This document shows, piece by piece, positions 1-9,317 of a stretch of 32,000 nucleotides of DNA. The position numbers and the translations under genes are program-made. The notes under the pieces are model-generated. The model worked only from the letters and a program-made list of their open reading frames with translations, made no database searches and was not told the origin of the DNA. Each line of letters opens with the position of its first letter. The first letter of the stretch is position 1. Origin of the DNA: Promethearchaeum syntrophicum (GTDB taxonomy: Archaea; Asgardarchaeota; Lokiarchaeia; Sigyniarchaeales; Promethearchaeaceae); NCBI RefSeq assembly GCF_008000775.2, contig NZ_CP042905.2:3150001-3182000 (forward strand), in the 5' to 3' direction.

Positions 1-111
1 CAAATTGGAGAAGAAAGGCTTGGAAAAGGATATGGGATTTTAGATGTTAATACAGATTTCTTAAATTCTCAAATAATCAAATATTATAACGGTAAAATTG
101 AACAGAAATAA
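1..111 (+). CDS. C-terminal end of a protein truncated by the window start, function unknown
   Basis: Open frame 1 from base 1: QIGEERLGKGYGILDVNTDFLNSQIIKYYNGKIEQK, then TAA at 109-111. Confidence 0.55.
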   Translation, partial: QIGEERLGKGYGILDVNTDFLNSQIIKYYNGKIEQK

Positions 112-131
112 TTAAATTCATAGTTTTTAGA

Positions 132-1079
132 ATGAAAATCAGAATTCTTGGTGCTGAAAGTCTTGGTGTAAGGAGTTTATGCGTTTTTGTAACTACGAAT
201 AACAAAAGGATCCTTATAGATCCTGGAATTGCCTTAGGATACAAAAGATTTGGACTATTGCCGCATCCGTTCCAGGTTGCAATCGGAGATAATATTAGGA
301 AAAATGTCATCTCTATTTTAAAATCAGGAGTTACAGATATTGTTTTCAGCCACTATCATGGGGATCATATTCCTCTTCCCCATGCCAATCCTTTTCAATT
401 AGATGCATATCAAGTTTCCCAATATTTCAAAAAACCCAACCTTTGGTGCAAAAGTTCTGAAAATATATCAAACCAGATGCTAATTCGTAGAAATAAACTA
501 ATGAGGATTTTACAAAGGGATTTTCCTAATTCTGAGGGCAATACTGAAGGAAGTTTAAGTTTTTCCCCTTCTGTATCTCATGGACGGATGAAAAAAAATC
601 ATGTCATGATGACTCGGATTGAGGAAAGGGACACGATCTTTGTTCATGCTTCAGATATTCAACTACTTGATAATAAAGCAATTTCACAAATTTTAAAGTG
701 GAAACCAACAATAGTTCTTGCTTCTGGACCACCGTTTTATTTAAAACAATACCATACCAAAGAAATTTATTATAAAGCTTGGAAAAACGCATTAAAATTA
801 GCAGAAAAGACATCAACCCTTATCCTCGATCATCATTTATGCCGAGAAAAAGAGGGTTTAGATTTTATTTCTAATATTTCCGGAAAAACCGGGACAAAAA
901 TCATTTGCGCTGCTCAATTTATGGAAAAAGAACCCATGTTATTAGAAGCATACAGACGAGAATTATACAAAGAGCTACCCGTTGATCCTAAATGGCATGA
1001 GAATTACTCTAAGGAAATAAGTACTACCGCAAGATTTCAATTTTGGAGAAATTTTCAAATAAAAGATTATGTTCTTTAA
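132..1079 (+). CDS. UPF0282-like archaeal metallo-beta-lactamase-fold hydrolase
   Basis: 315 aa; motif VFSHYHGDHIPLPHANPFQ (HxHxDH) and N-terminal MKIRILGAESLGVRSLCVFV typical of archaeal UPF0282 proteins. Confidence 0.8.
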   Translation: MKIRILGAESLGVRSLCVFVTTNNKRILIDPGIALGYKRFGLLPHPFQVAIGDNIRKNVISILKSGVTDIVFSHYHGDHIPLPHANPFQLDAYQVSQYFKKPNLWCKSSENISNQMLIRRNKLMRILQRDFPNSEGNTEGSLSFSPSVSHGRMKKNHVMMTRIEERDTIFVHASDIQLLDNKAISQILKWKPTIVLASGPPFYLKQYHTKEIYYKAWKNALKLAEKTSTLILDHHLCREKEGLDFISNISGKTGTKIICAAQFMEKEPMLLEAYRRELYKELPVDPKWHENYSKEISTTARFQFWRNFQIKDYVL

Positions 1080-1098
1080 TATAAAAGAAAAAAAGAAA

Positions 1099-4000
1099 TT
1101 AGAGTTGTTTTCCGCAGAAAAAGCAATACCGCTCATGAGATGAAGGTTGAGTCGCCTTACAATAAGGACAAACTTGAACTGCTTTTTTAGGAGATCTTCT
1201 CAAATGGGATCGAGGTTGGATGTTTGGATGTTCACTTTTAGTTTCATTTTCTGATACCCTCAATTTCATTGGTCCAGGTTTGGTATGTTTTACAATCATT
1301 GTGCCTTCAATATCGGCCAGTTTCTCTTTTCTGGGCGAGATTTTCTTAATTGGGGGTTCGATTTTTTTTATTTTTTTCTTTTTCTGCCTTTCTATGGAAT
1401 CAGGAGAGGATTGCATATCACATATTTTAAGTAAATCATTAATTTCAGCCACAGTCATCCCTACACCTAAATATTCAGCCCGGTTTCGTGCTGCAAATAA
1501 AGATGATTTCGCTTCATTAGTTTTTTTATTTTCAACTAAAGTCACTAAACTAGGAATTTTACCTTTGAGTTTTTCAATTTCTGATTCAATTTCTGTTTCT
1601 ATAGATTTATGTAAGTTATTCCAATGGGAAGTTATATTATCGGCAATTTTTTCGAATTTTTCCTTTCCTCTTGGTAAATTTGGCTTAACCAAAGAAATGT
1701 TATTTCGCGCTTCAATTATTCTACCTGATTTAAGATCATTTTCAATCCCATCCAAATTTTCAAGGATAGGTAAATTTATTGAGCAAAAATTAATGTAATG
1801 TTTTATTTCGGGAACTATCAGTGTTACATTAAGATTTTGAGCGGTAGTTAAGTTTTCTGTTAGAGAATCAATAGCTTTCTTGAACTTTAAAGTCATTACT
1901 TCGGTTTTAATTATTTTATCAAAAGCATTTTTTACTTTGGATTCTCTTTTATTACTCTCGGATTTCACTCTGTTATGTAAATTCTTAATTTTTGCTTTTA
2001 CATGATCAAAGGATTTCTCTTCTTTCTCACATGTATCGAACAATTTATAAATTGCCTCAACTGTGGTGACAAAATCGATCAAATTTTCATAATTTTCATG
2101 AAGTTGATTGTATTCTGAAACAAATTCAGTATTCTTTGAACATTTTCGGTTTAAATTTTCAATACTTACTATTAAATCATCAAGACCGAGATCCTTTGCC
2201 CTAAGCGTGTATTTTTTGAGATGATCCTGAGCTTCTGAGAAATCAAAAGTCTGGTTTATTTTTTCCTCAAGTTTATTAAATTCTCCATGTAATTTTGAAG
2301 TCATTTCTCCGATTTTAGTTTTTAAATCATTCAATTCATTTTCAAGGTCTTTTTTCAATGCAGAACTATAGATCTTTGGTGTTTTTTCTAAAGCAGAATT
2401 CATTTTTTCTAATAGTGTAGTATACTCATTTTCACCAATTTTTAGTTGATTTGCTGCAATTTTATTCTGAATTTCCTTTTGAATTTTTACACCCTCAAGA
2501 TTTAATTCAATTTTCTGAGTGATAGGTTCTAGCAAACTGCTGAATTCTTTTAAACCAGTCTCGCTTATTCGATTTTTAATCTCACTAATTGCATTTTGAG
2601 CACTAATTAAATTATTTTTCTCATCAATTATAGCTTCAATATCTTCAATCTTTTGAATTATTGTCGTTTTTTCTTTAGAAATTTGATTATCTGTTTCTTT
2701 TTCTAATTCAGAGTATTTATTTTTAATTATAGTGAAGTAAATTTCAGATTTTTCTGAAATATTTGAGTTTATTTTTACCAATTCCAATTTAACAGAATGA
2801 ATTTTCGCTTCTTTCAACGATTTTGTTAATTGATTGAAAAGATTAAAAATTTGAAGATTTAAATCTAACTCAGCAGAATATTTGTCGAGAATAACAATGA
2901 TTGATGGATATCCATTTAGATCAGCAAAATTACGTTTAGCAGCCAACTCCTTTTTAGCTACCTCAAAATCGAGAGATTCTGATAAAATAATCCATATTTT
3001 TTCAATTTCTTCCTTAAGTTCAGCTTCTTCCTTTCTTCTTGCTTCTGCAATCTTATCAATTAAAGTGTCGATTTGCTCTTTATTGCTTTTTACCATTTCG
3101 ATGGAAGTATATTTTGTAGAAATATGTTGTTTAAGACTTTCTAACTTATTGTGAGCATTGAAATATGATTTTGATTCAAAAATTCCATTTATTGCTTGAA
3201 CATCATTATAAATTTGCTCATTGATTTGACAGATATTGATTACAATATTTACAGAATTTACAAGACTAACTAGACCGTTTTTTGTTAGATCTTCCTTAAG
3301 TTTTACTAAATTCTTTCTTGCTATGCTATATTGGAATTCTTCCATTAAATCCATTGATTTTTTAGTTATTAAATCAGTATCGCTTGTCCATTTTTCAATC
3401 ATTGAATCTATTTTTTTTAAGAAGATATAATATTCTTCCTGCTTGTCTTGATATATTATTTTTAAATCATTTTCTTTTAGAATGGCTTCTGCGGATGCTA
3501 GAAAATCTTTAGCTTGTAGAAGATCAGTAGTATTTTTTGCAGATGATAAGAGATCATCAAATTTCTTATTAATTTTGTGAATATTTCGTGTTTCGCTCAA
3601 ATCTTTTGCCTTCAATTTCAAATTTTTACCTAAGGACTTTTTCAAATCTGTTAAACCGTGTTCAGTCATTGAATTTTGGTAAATTTTATGAACTTCTTCA
3701 ATTTTTGATATAATTTCAGGATGAGCGGCTCGTTGTTTTTGAATATCATTTAAAAGCGAGGTTAGAGAATAAAATTTAAGCTCAAGATCTTCAGAAGTGA
3801 TACCAGATGGAACAGGAACCGCAAATCTTTCTAAATTCCTCTGAGCATGAACCGAGTTCTCTGTTTTCTTCTTTAAAAATTTTATATTATTGATTAATTC
3901 GGTGATTCCACTAACCTGAACTTTTGATTTTATACTTTCCAATTCATTTGGTATCTTAGCGAAATCTTTTGAATTAAATGAATTTTCAACCCTTTCAATT

Positions 4001-4236
4001 TCTCCTAATAATTCTTCTGTTGTTTTCCTTATTGTTTCTTCATTTGCTTCAATTAAGGCTTTTAACTGAGTTTTTAAATCGGGATTAAAGGTTTGGGGTT
4101 GTTTATTAAGCATTTCTGTACAAGTATTAAGAATATCTCTTGTTTTCATAAGATTTTTTGAATTCTTAGCGTTTAGCAGTTTTTTATTATACTTTTCAAG
4201 ATTGAAAGGACTCTTAACACTATTATCTATATCCAT
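1099..4236 (-). CDS. Large coiled-coil repeat protein with C-terminal zinc ribbon
   Basis: 1045 aa, dominated by charged heptad-like helices; C-terminus VCPYCKATQPSSHERYCFFCGKQL (CxxC...CxxC). Confidence 0.75.
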   Translation of the reverse strand: MDIDNSVKSPFNLEKYNKKLLNAKNSKNLMKTRDILNTCTEMLNKQPQTFNPDLKTQLKALIEANEETIRKTTEELLGEIERVENSFNSKDFAKIPNELESIKSKVQVSGITELINNIKFLKKKTENSVHAQRNLERFAVPVPSGITSEDLELKFYSLTSLLNDIQKQRAAHPEIISKIEEVHKIYQNSMTEHGLTDLKKSLGKNLKLKAKDLSETRNIHKINKKFDDLLSSAKNTTDLLQAKDFLASAEAILKENDLKIIYQDKQEEYYIFLKKIDSMIEKWTSDTDLITKKSMDLMEEFQYSIARKNLVKLKEDLTKNGLVSLVNSVNIVINICQINEQIYNDVQAINGIFESKSYFNAHNKLESLKQHISTKYTSIEMVKSNKEQIDTLIDKIAEARRKEEAELKEEIEKIWIILSESLDFEVAKKELAAKRNFADLNGYPSIIVILDKYSAELDLNLQIFNLFNQLTKSLKEAKIHSVKLELVKINSNISEKSEIYFTIIKNKYSELEKETDNQISKEKTTIIQKIEDIEAIIDEKNNLISAQNAISEIKNRISETGLKEFSSLLEPITQKIELNLEGVKIQKEIQNKIAANQLKIGENEYTTLLEKMNSALEKTPKIYSSALKKDLENELNDLKTKIGEMTSKLHGEFNKLEEKINQTFDFSEAQDHLKKYTLRAKDLGLDDLIVSIENLNRKCSKNTEFVSEYNQLHENYENLIDFVTTVEAIYKLFDTCEKEEKSFDHVKAKIKNLHNRVKSESNKRESKVKNAFDKIIKTEVMTLKFKKAIDSLTENLTTAQNLNVTLIVPEIKHYINFCSINLPILENLDGIENDLKSGRIIEARNNISLVKPNLPRGKEKFEKIADNITSHWNNLHKSIETEIESEIEKLKGKIPSLVTLVENKKTNEAKSSLFAARNRAEYLGVGMTVAEINDLLKICDMQSSPDSIERQKKKKIKKIEPPIKKISPRKEKLADIEGTMIVKHTKPGPMKLRVSENETKSEHPNIQPRSHLRRSPKKAVQVCPYCKATQPSSHERYCFFCGKQL

Positions 4237-4317
4237 AGTTTGAAATATTAACTTGTCCGTATTAAGGATTTTGTAAAAATTAAAAAATCTGGAATGAAAA
4301 TTTAACCCGATGTATAC

Positions 4318-5127
4318 TTAGAAAAGCAATAGACTTAATGCCATAACAATCATTCCTAAAACGATTCCGATAATTACAATATGGCCTTGTCCATAATGAT
4401 GGGCCGTTGGAAGAATTTCATCCAATGAAATATAAATCATAACTCCCGAGATGAATACCAATAAGCCACCAATTACTTGATCATTTAAAAAAGGTCTTAA
4501 AATTAAATAACCAATAGCTGCCCCGATCGGCTCTGCTAACCCAGATAAGAAAGAATAGAGAAACGCCTTTTTTCTATTTTTTGTAGCATAATAAATAGGA
4601 ATTGACACGGATATTCCCTCCGGAATATTGTGTAAGGCTATAGCAATCGATGTTAAAATCCCTAGATTTAAATCAGATAAAGCTGTTCCAAATGTCGCCA
4701 TTCCTTCAGGAAAGTTATGAATACCTATAGCTAGCGCCATTACAACACCCATTTTCATTAATTTTGATTTATTTTCAGAATCATCATCTTCACAACTCTT
4801 AGCTTCTTCTTCTAAGCATTCAGAATCAACAATATGATGAGGATTTTCGACTTCAGGTAATAAAAAATCCATAATTCCGATGAAAAACATTCCAGAAAAC
4901 AAAATAACGATACTCCAGAATTCACCAATAGCTTCCATTCCATTCGGTAAAAGTTCCACAAAAGAAATGTATAACATAACTCCTCCAGAAAAACCAAGCG
5001 CAAAGGACAGATAGGAAGTTTTTGGTTTTCTGATAAAAAAAGCGATAAGACTGCCTATTCCTGTAGAAAGTCCCGCAAGAATTGTTAATAAAAATGCCAT
5101 TCCAACATCTGTGATAATAAATAACAT
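4318..5127 (-). CDS. ZIP family metal transporter (ZupT-like)
   Basis: 269 aa multi-TM protein; HNFPEGMATF and HNIPEGISVSIPIYYATKNRKKAF motifs, variable His/acidic loop (EVENPHHIVDSECLEEE). Confidence 0.9.
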   Translation of the reverse strand: MLFIITDVGMAFLLTILAGLSTGIGSLIAFFIRKPKTSYLSFALGFSGGVMLYISFVELLPNGMEAIGEFWSIVILFSGMFFIGIMDFLLPEVENPHHIVDSECLEEEAKSCEDDDSENKSKLMKMGVVMALAIGIHNFPEGMATFGTALSDLNLGILTSIAIALHNIPEGISVSIPIYYATKNRKKAFLYSFLSGLAEPIGAAIGYLILRPFLNDQVIGGLLVFISGVMIYISLDEILPTAHHYGQGHIVIIGIVLGMIVMALSLLLF

Positions 5128-5168
5128 GTCTGAATTACCTTTGATTTTCTAATTTTTAAATATTATAT

Positions 5169-5182
5169 TTAGACGTGTCTAA
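5169..5182. promoter_or_regulatory. Inverted repeat TTAGAC-GT-GTCTAA upstream of the ZIP transporter, possible metal-regulator operator
   Basis: Perfect 6-bp arms with 2-nt spacer, 42 nt upstream of the 5127 start codon; resembles in form the TTAGG/CCTAA-type sites of DtxR/MntR-family regulators. Confidence 0.3.
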
Positions 5183-5327
5183 TTAATTATTAATTAAATA
5201 AAAATTTATTGGCAGAAAATATGCAAATATCAAAATGATTAAAAAAAAAGGTAATCCAGAATGAAATATATAGTAAAAAGGAATCTATATCTAATTTTCT
5301 AAATATCTATTGTATATTTCAGTTTTA

Positions 5328-8225
5328 CTATAGAGTATTTCTTAGTATAAATTCGAAAGTTATTACCTCAAACTTATGGATTTTAAATTTCAATTCATTA
5401 TCAGAAGGGTTCCAGCTGAAATCTTGCTTGTTTAATTCCCTTTCAAGCAAATCAACTTGTTTTATTTTTGATACCTTCCCTACTAGCTTGGTTGGAAGGA
5501 AAACATTAACCGGACTATCTTTTCCACACAGCTCATTGAATCTGATAATGACACTATTTGATTTATTCCAATCATTCTGCTTAAATGCGGTAATTTCTAC
5601 ATTATCTTGAACCAAAATATCTAATTCGTCATAAATTAAAGATCCTTTTTGGTTTTCTGATTTTTTTCGTGCAATAATTGGATTATTAAATTCTTCTGCT
5701 GCCTTCTTTACGATAGCTGAAGGTTTTTTATTGTAGCTTTCTAATGCACCACCTCGATGCGGAAAATATGCAAATTTACAACTATTCGGACCCATTCCAA
5801 TATATCTTGAAACTTTTTTCTTGCCATCTCTTTTTCGCGCCAATCTCTCCAATTTTGCCCAGGATTCCGCAGATGGAGATGGATACTTTGGGCTGCGGTG
5901 TAAAGTTAAGCGAATTCTATCAGCACTGCAATCAAATGCATATTTTCCTTCATTTAATAAAGCTATACCCCAACTATTATCTGAAGTGCTTAGATCAGCG
6001 TACTGATGCATAATTTTTTCATATCTAGCTTTATCACTAGGAGTTTTTGGCAAAGTGCTTTGATTTAATGAACAAAACATTTCATCTACAACTACTTTAT
6101 TAGATGCTGTATTTGTGTCTAAAGCAATTTTAAGTAAAGTGTTTTTATTTTGCCAATCAGAACTCCAAGAGCAATAGATAATTGGATCATCTTTAAAGAG
6201 CCTAATCACTTGTGTTATTTCAGAGTCACCTAGAATTCTTATTATTTTTAGGGAACTAAATACAGGTCCTTCATCTAAAATAGTAATTTTGGCATTATCT
6301 TCTGGGTAATTGTTTGGAAATTTCCAGTATTCTTCAGTAAGATTCCAAGCAGGATATTCCCAACCACCTTTATCTTTGTATCCTTTTACAACAAAAGTTG
6401 CATCTCCATGAATTAGATTCTTACCGTAATTTAAATTCACAGCTTTTAACTCTTTAATTGCACCAGATTTACTGTTTAGTTCTAGTTGAACTAGGCTATT
6501 TGCCAACCTTGGTTTTTTTCCTATAGAAACAAAAACATTAGTAATTTTATTTTCAGAGAACTCTAATCTCCCTGAAAGAATTCCATAAGGAAGTATTGAA
6601 ATTTGTGTCCACCAACCTGCAGATCGATTACTTAAATCATCTTTGTATTCTGATTGGGCTGGTTGACAGATTGTATACTCACCATTATTCAATTTTAATC
6701 GTGCATATGGAGGTTTCCCCTCCTTATTCAGCTTAATATTTGAATCAATTTCGTTTATAGGAATAAAAACTCTCCCAGACCGTTCCCAAGGTAATGGATT
6801 ATAAAATATTAGATTATTTTTACCGTTAGTTTTTACCCTTTCAAAACAATTTGCGATTAATTCATTCAAATTCTGATACGCATCTTGCCATATTTCATAA
6901 ACATCATCATAGACTTCAATAATTGAACTACCAGGCAAGATATCATGAAATTGATTGAGGAGTATTTGTTTCCAAATTTTTTCAATTCTATTGTAAGGAT
7001 ATTTAAACCCTTCATCAAATAAGGAAATGATGGAACATAACGATTCAGCTGTTTTTGCTAATGTTTCCAGTTTTCGATTGTGTCTTTTTACTGCACCGTG
7101 GGTAGTAAATGTACCGCGATGAGTTTCAAGATATAACTCATCTGACCATACAGGCAATTTATTTTTATATTTTTCAACTTCCGCGAAAAATCTGTTAACG
7201 GTAGACCATTTAATATTTAGATTCAATTCTTCTCCAATTTTAAGGTAATTGATCATTTGTGCTACTTCTTTATGAGTGGGCCCATGTCCACCATCCCCTT
7301 GTCCATTAAATAAACCAACTGCAGGAACATATTCTTCTGGATTAATCTCCTCAGAAAACTTAGAATATCCTTCATTATAGCTCCAGGTTTTTTTAGCTCC
7401 TTTCTTTAAAAGATGACGACCGAGTTTATACGAACTCCATTTATCAAATGCTTCTTTATTTTGACCGAAATTGCATGTTAAAATCTGAGAACCATCAGGA
7501 CTTTCCCATAAAAAATTAATAAAAGGAAAAGCAGTAATTTTATTCCAAGTTAATTTAGAGGTCCAAAAGAATTTAGCCCCACTTTTAATTAAAATTTGGG
7601 GTAAACCTACATTATACCCAAAAGAATCCAAAAACCATTCCGTGTTCGGAAGTTGATTGAATTCATCTCGATAAAATCTCATACCATATAATCTTTGGCG
7701 GATAAATGCTTCTCCATCAGGCATCATACAATCCGATTCTACCCAAGACCCCCCTACCAATTCGATATTACCTTTTTTAACTGCTACTTTTAATTTTTCA
7801 AATAGAGATGGTTTATCTGTCTTAATCCAAGCAAGTAATTGAGGTGAAGATACAGCGAAATGAAATTCAGGAAACAGCTCAATGTGTAGAAGCACTTTTT
7901 CAAGAGTAACTATCCCCTTTTTATGGGTTTGAGCAAAGGTCCATAGCCATGCCAAGTCTATATGCGATTGGCCAATCATATGAATGTTTACTTTAGAAGG
8001 ATCCATTGATTCTGAGATTTTTTTCCGAATTTCTTTCAAGTATTTCCGAATTTCATCAATATTTTCTGGATCATCGATATTTTCTTCCAACCATAATTTT
8101 CGAGTTCTTTCATCATCAATTGGAGTTTCCTCAAGAGAATTAGTATCAAGTTTTTTAGAACCACTAAAATGCCCTATAGTCTCCAGAGTATCCACTTTTT
8201 TAACCATTAAAGCAGTAAAAATCAC
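5328..8225 (-). CDS. Alpha-mannosidase, glycoside hydrolase family 38
   Basis: 965 aa; IGQSHIDLAWLWT, EWFLDSFGYNVGLPQIL, NGQGDGGHGPTHKE and NQFHDILPGSSI motifs of GH38. Internal start at 8207 is also possible. Confidence 0.92.
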   Translation of the reverse strand: MIFTALMVKKVDTLETIGHFSGSKKLDTNSLEETPIDDERTRKLWLEENIDDPENIDEIRKYLKEIRKKISESMDPSKVNIHMIGQSHIDLAWLWTFAQTHKKGIVTLEKVLLHIELFPEFHFAVSSPQLLAWIKTDKPSLFEKLKVAVKKGNIELVGGSWVESDCMMPDGEAFIRQRLYGMRFYRDEFNQLPNTEWFLDSFGYNVGLPQILIKSGAKFFWTSKLTWNKITAFPFINFLWESPDGSQILTCNFGQNKEAFDKWSSYKLGRHLLKKGAKKTWSYNEGYSKFSEEINPEEYVPAVGLFNGQGDGGHGPTHKEVAQMINYLKIGEELNLNIKWSTVNRFFAEVEKYKNKLPVWSDELYLETHRGTFTTHGAVKRHNRKLETLAKTAESLCSIISLFDEGFKYPYNRIEKIWKQILLNQFHDILPGSSIIEVYDDVYEIWQDAYQNLNELIANCFERVKTNGKNNLIFYNPLPWERSGRVFIPINEIDSNIKLNKEGKPPYARLKLNNGEYTICQPAQSEYKDDLSNRSAGWWTQISILPYGILSGRLEFSENKITNVFVSIGKKPRLANSLVQLELNSKSGAIKELKAVNLNYGKNLIHGDATFVVKGYKDKGGWEYPAWNLTEEYWKFPNNYPEDNAKITILDEGPVFSSLKIIRILGDSEITQVIRLFKDDPIIYCSWSSDWQNKNTLLKIALDTNTASNKVVVDEMFCSLNQSTLPKTPSDKARYEKIMHQYADLSTSDNSWGIALLNEGKYAFDCSADRIRLTLHRSPKYPSPSAESWAKLERLARKRDGKKKVSRYIGMGPNSCKFAYFPHRGGALESYNKKPSAIVKKAAEEFNNPIIARKKSENQKGSLIYDELDILVQDNVEITAFKQNDWNKSNSVIIRFNELCGKDSPVNVFLPTKLVGKVSKIKQVDLLERELNKQDFSWNPSDNELKFKIHKFEVITFEFILRNTL

Positions 8226-8313
8226 AAGGAAAAAAAAGATTTTCTTCTAACTTTTCAATATCGAAATGTACTACATCTTTATAACATCTATTTATTCTTC
8301 TTTATTAAAGAAT

Positions 8314-9009
8314 CTACATGTTCAAATTGACAAACTCTTCCGTTTTAAGAAAAATATCAGGATATGGAATGAATAGACCTCTTATTCGAGCTTGTTCATC
8401 AATCCACTTAGCTAGTTGATTATGAATTTCAATTTTTAATTTAGTATGTAAGTGAATCTCATCAAATCGCGCTATAATTTCTTCATTTGAGATAGTTGAA
8501 AAACCAAAATCATAAGTGGTATTTTTTAAATCATTAATCTCCAATTTTTGATTGTCAAGGTCATTTTGACTTCTCGAATGAAAAGAAGTATCAGATAACA
8601 CTTCTCTTATAGTATTAATTTTATCGGAATTTGCAGCGGAATTTCTAATAGAACCTGGTTTGTTGTCCCACACATCCTTGGAGGAAGAAGAAAATCGATG
8701 GGAACTAGGATGAGAGGTGTCGTAAACATTGCCATCAATTATAAAATAGCTGATCCACAGTACAGGAATTAAATAAATACTAGAACCACAAAAACAAAGG
8801 AGGCAAATATTCAAGCCGTTTTTCCCAGACATAGTGGGTAATATCTTTGCTAAGAAGAATATAAACCAACTGAATAAAGCAGATATTATTCCAATGACAT
8901 AAAAAACATCAGTTGGAAACCCCACGATTGCTGATCCTACGACACCAAATAGGATTCCTGAACCAAAATAAAGCAGAAAAGTTATACCTATATATCTTGA
9001 ATTTGTCAT
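8314..9009 (-). CDS. Hypothetical membrane protein, about 3 N-terminal TM helices and a hydrophilic C-terminal tail
   Basis: 231 aa ORF between GH38 and the zinc-ribbon gene; hydrophobic N-terminal half, polar tail. Confidence 0.6.
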   Translation of the reverse strand: MTNSRYIGITFLLYFGSGILFGVVGSAIVGFPTDVFYVIGIISALFSWFIFFLAKILPTMSGKNGLNICLLCFCGSSIYLIPVLWISYFIIDGNVYDTSHPSSHRFSSSSKDVWDNKPGSIRNSAANSDKINTIREVLSDTSFHSRSQNDLDNQKLEINDLKNTTYDFGFSTISNEEIIARFDEIHLHTKLKIEIHNQLAKWIDEQARIRGLFIPYPDIFLKTEEFVNLNM

Positions 9010-9074
9010 TTCAATACTAAATCTATAGTAGAATATATAAATTTAGTGTTTTTTTATTCAAAAATTAATGGAAT

Positions 9075-9281
9075 TTAAATAGGTTTTCTAAAAAATAAAT
9101 CGGCACGAAAAGGAGCCCCATATTCTTTTCTTATTTCTTTAGGTGTGTATTCTCCTTCCCGACCAATATCTTTTATTTCCACACCCCCACATCGAGGACA
9201 GAAACTTGGGAGCGGTTTTGAAGGATATCCTAGCAATATAGTTCCACATCGAACACAAAGAAAATGAATATCCGTCTCCAT
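9075..9281 (-). CDS. Small zinc-ribbon protein
   Basis: 68 aa; CVRCG...CPRCG motif. Confidence 0.7.
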   Translation of the reverse strand: METDIHFLCVRCGTILLGYPSKPLPSFCPRCGGVEIKDIGREGEYTPKEIRKEYGAPFRADLFFRKPI

Positions 9282-9317
9282 ATTAAATATTAAGATGAAT
9301 TTTCATGTTAAATATTT

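Noticed and set aside
1220-1798. 192-aa plus-strand ORF
   Set aside because: Lies fully antisense to the well-supported 1045-aa coiled-coil gene; mirror-frame artefact.
2882-3430. 90-aa and 64-aa plus-strand ORFs
   Set aside because: Antisense to the coiled-coil CDS; no family resemblance.
5428-6013. Several plus-strand ORFs of 60-89 aa
   Set aside because: Antisense to the GH38 alpha-mannosidase, whose motifs are clear.
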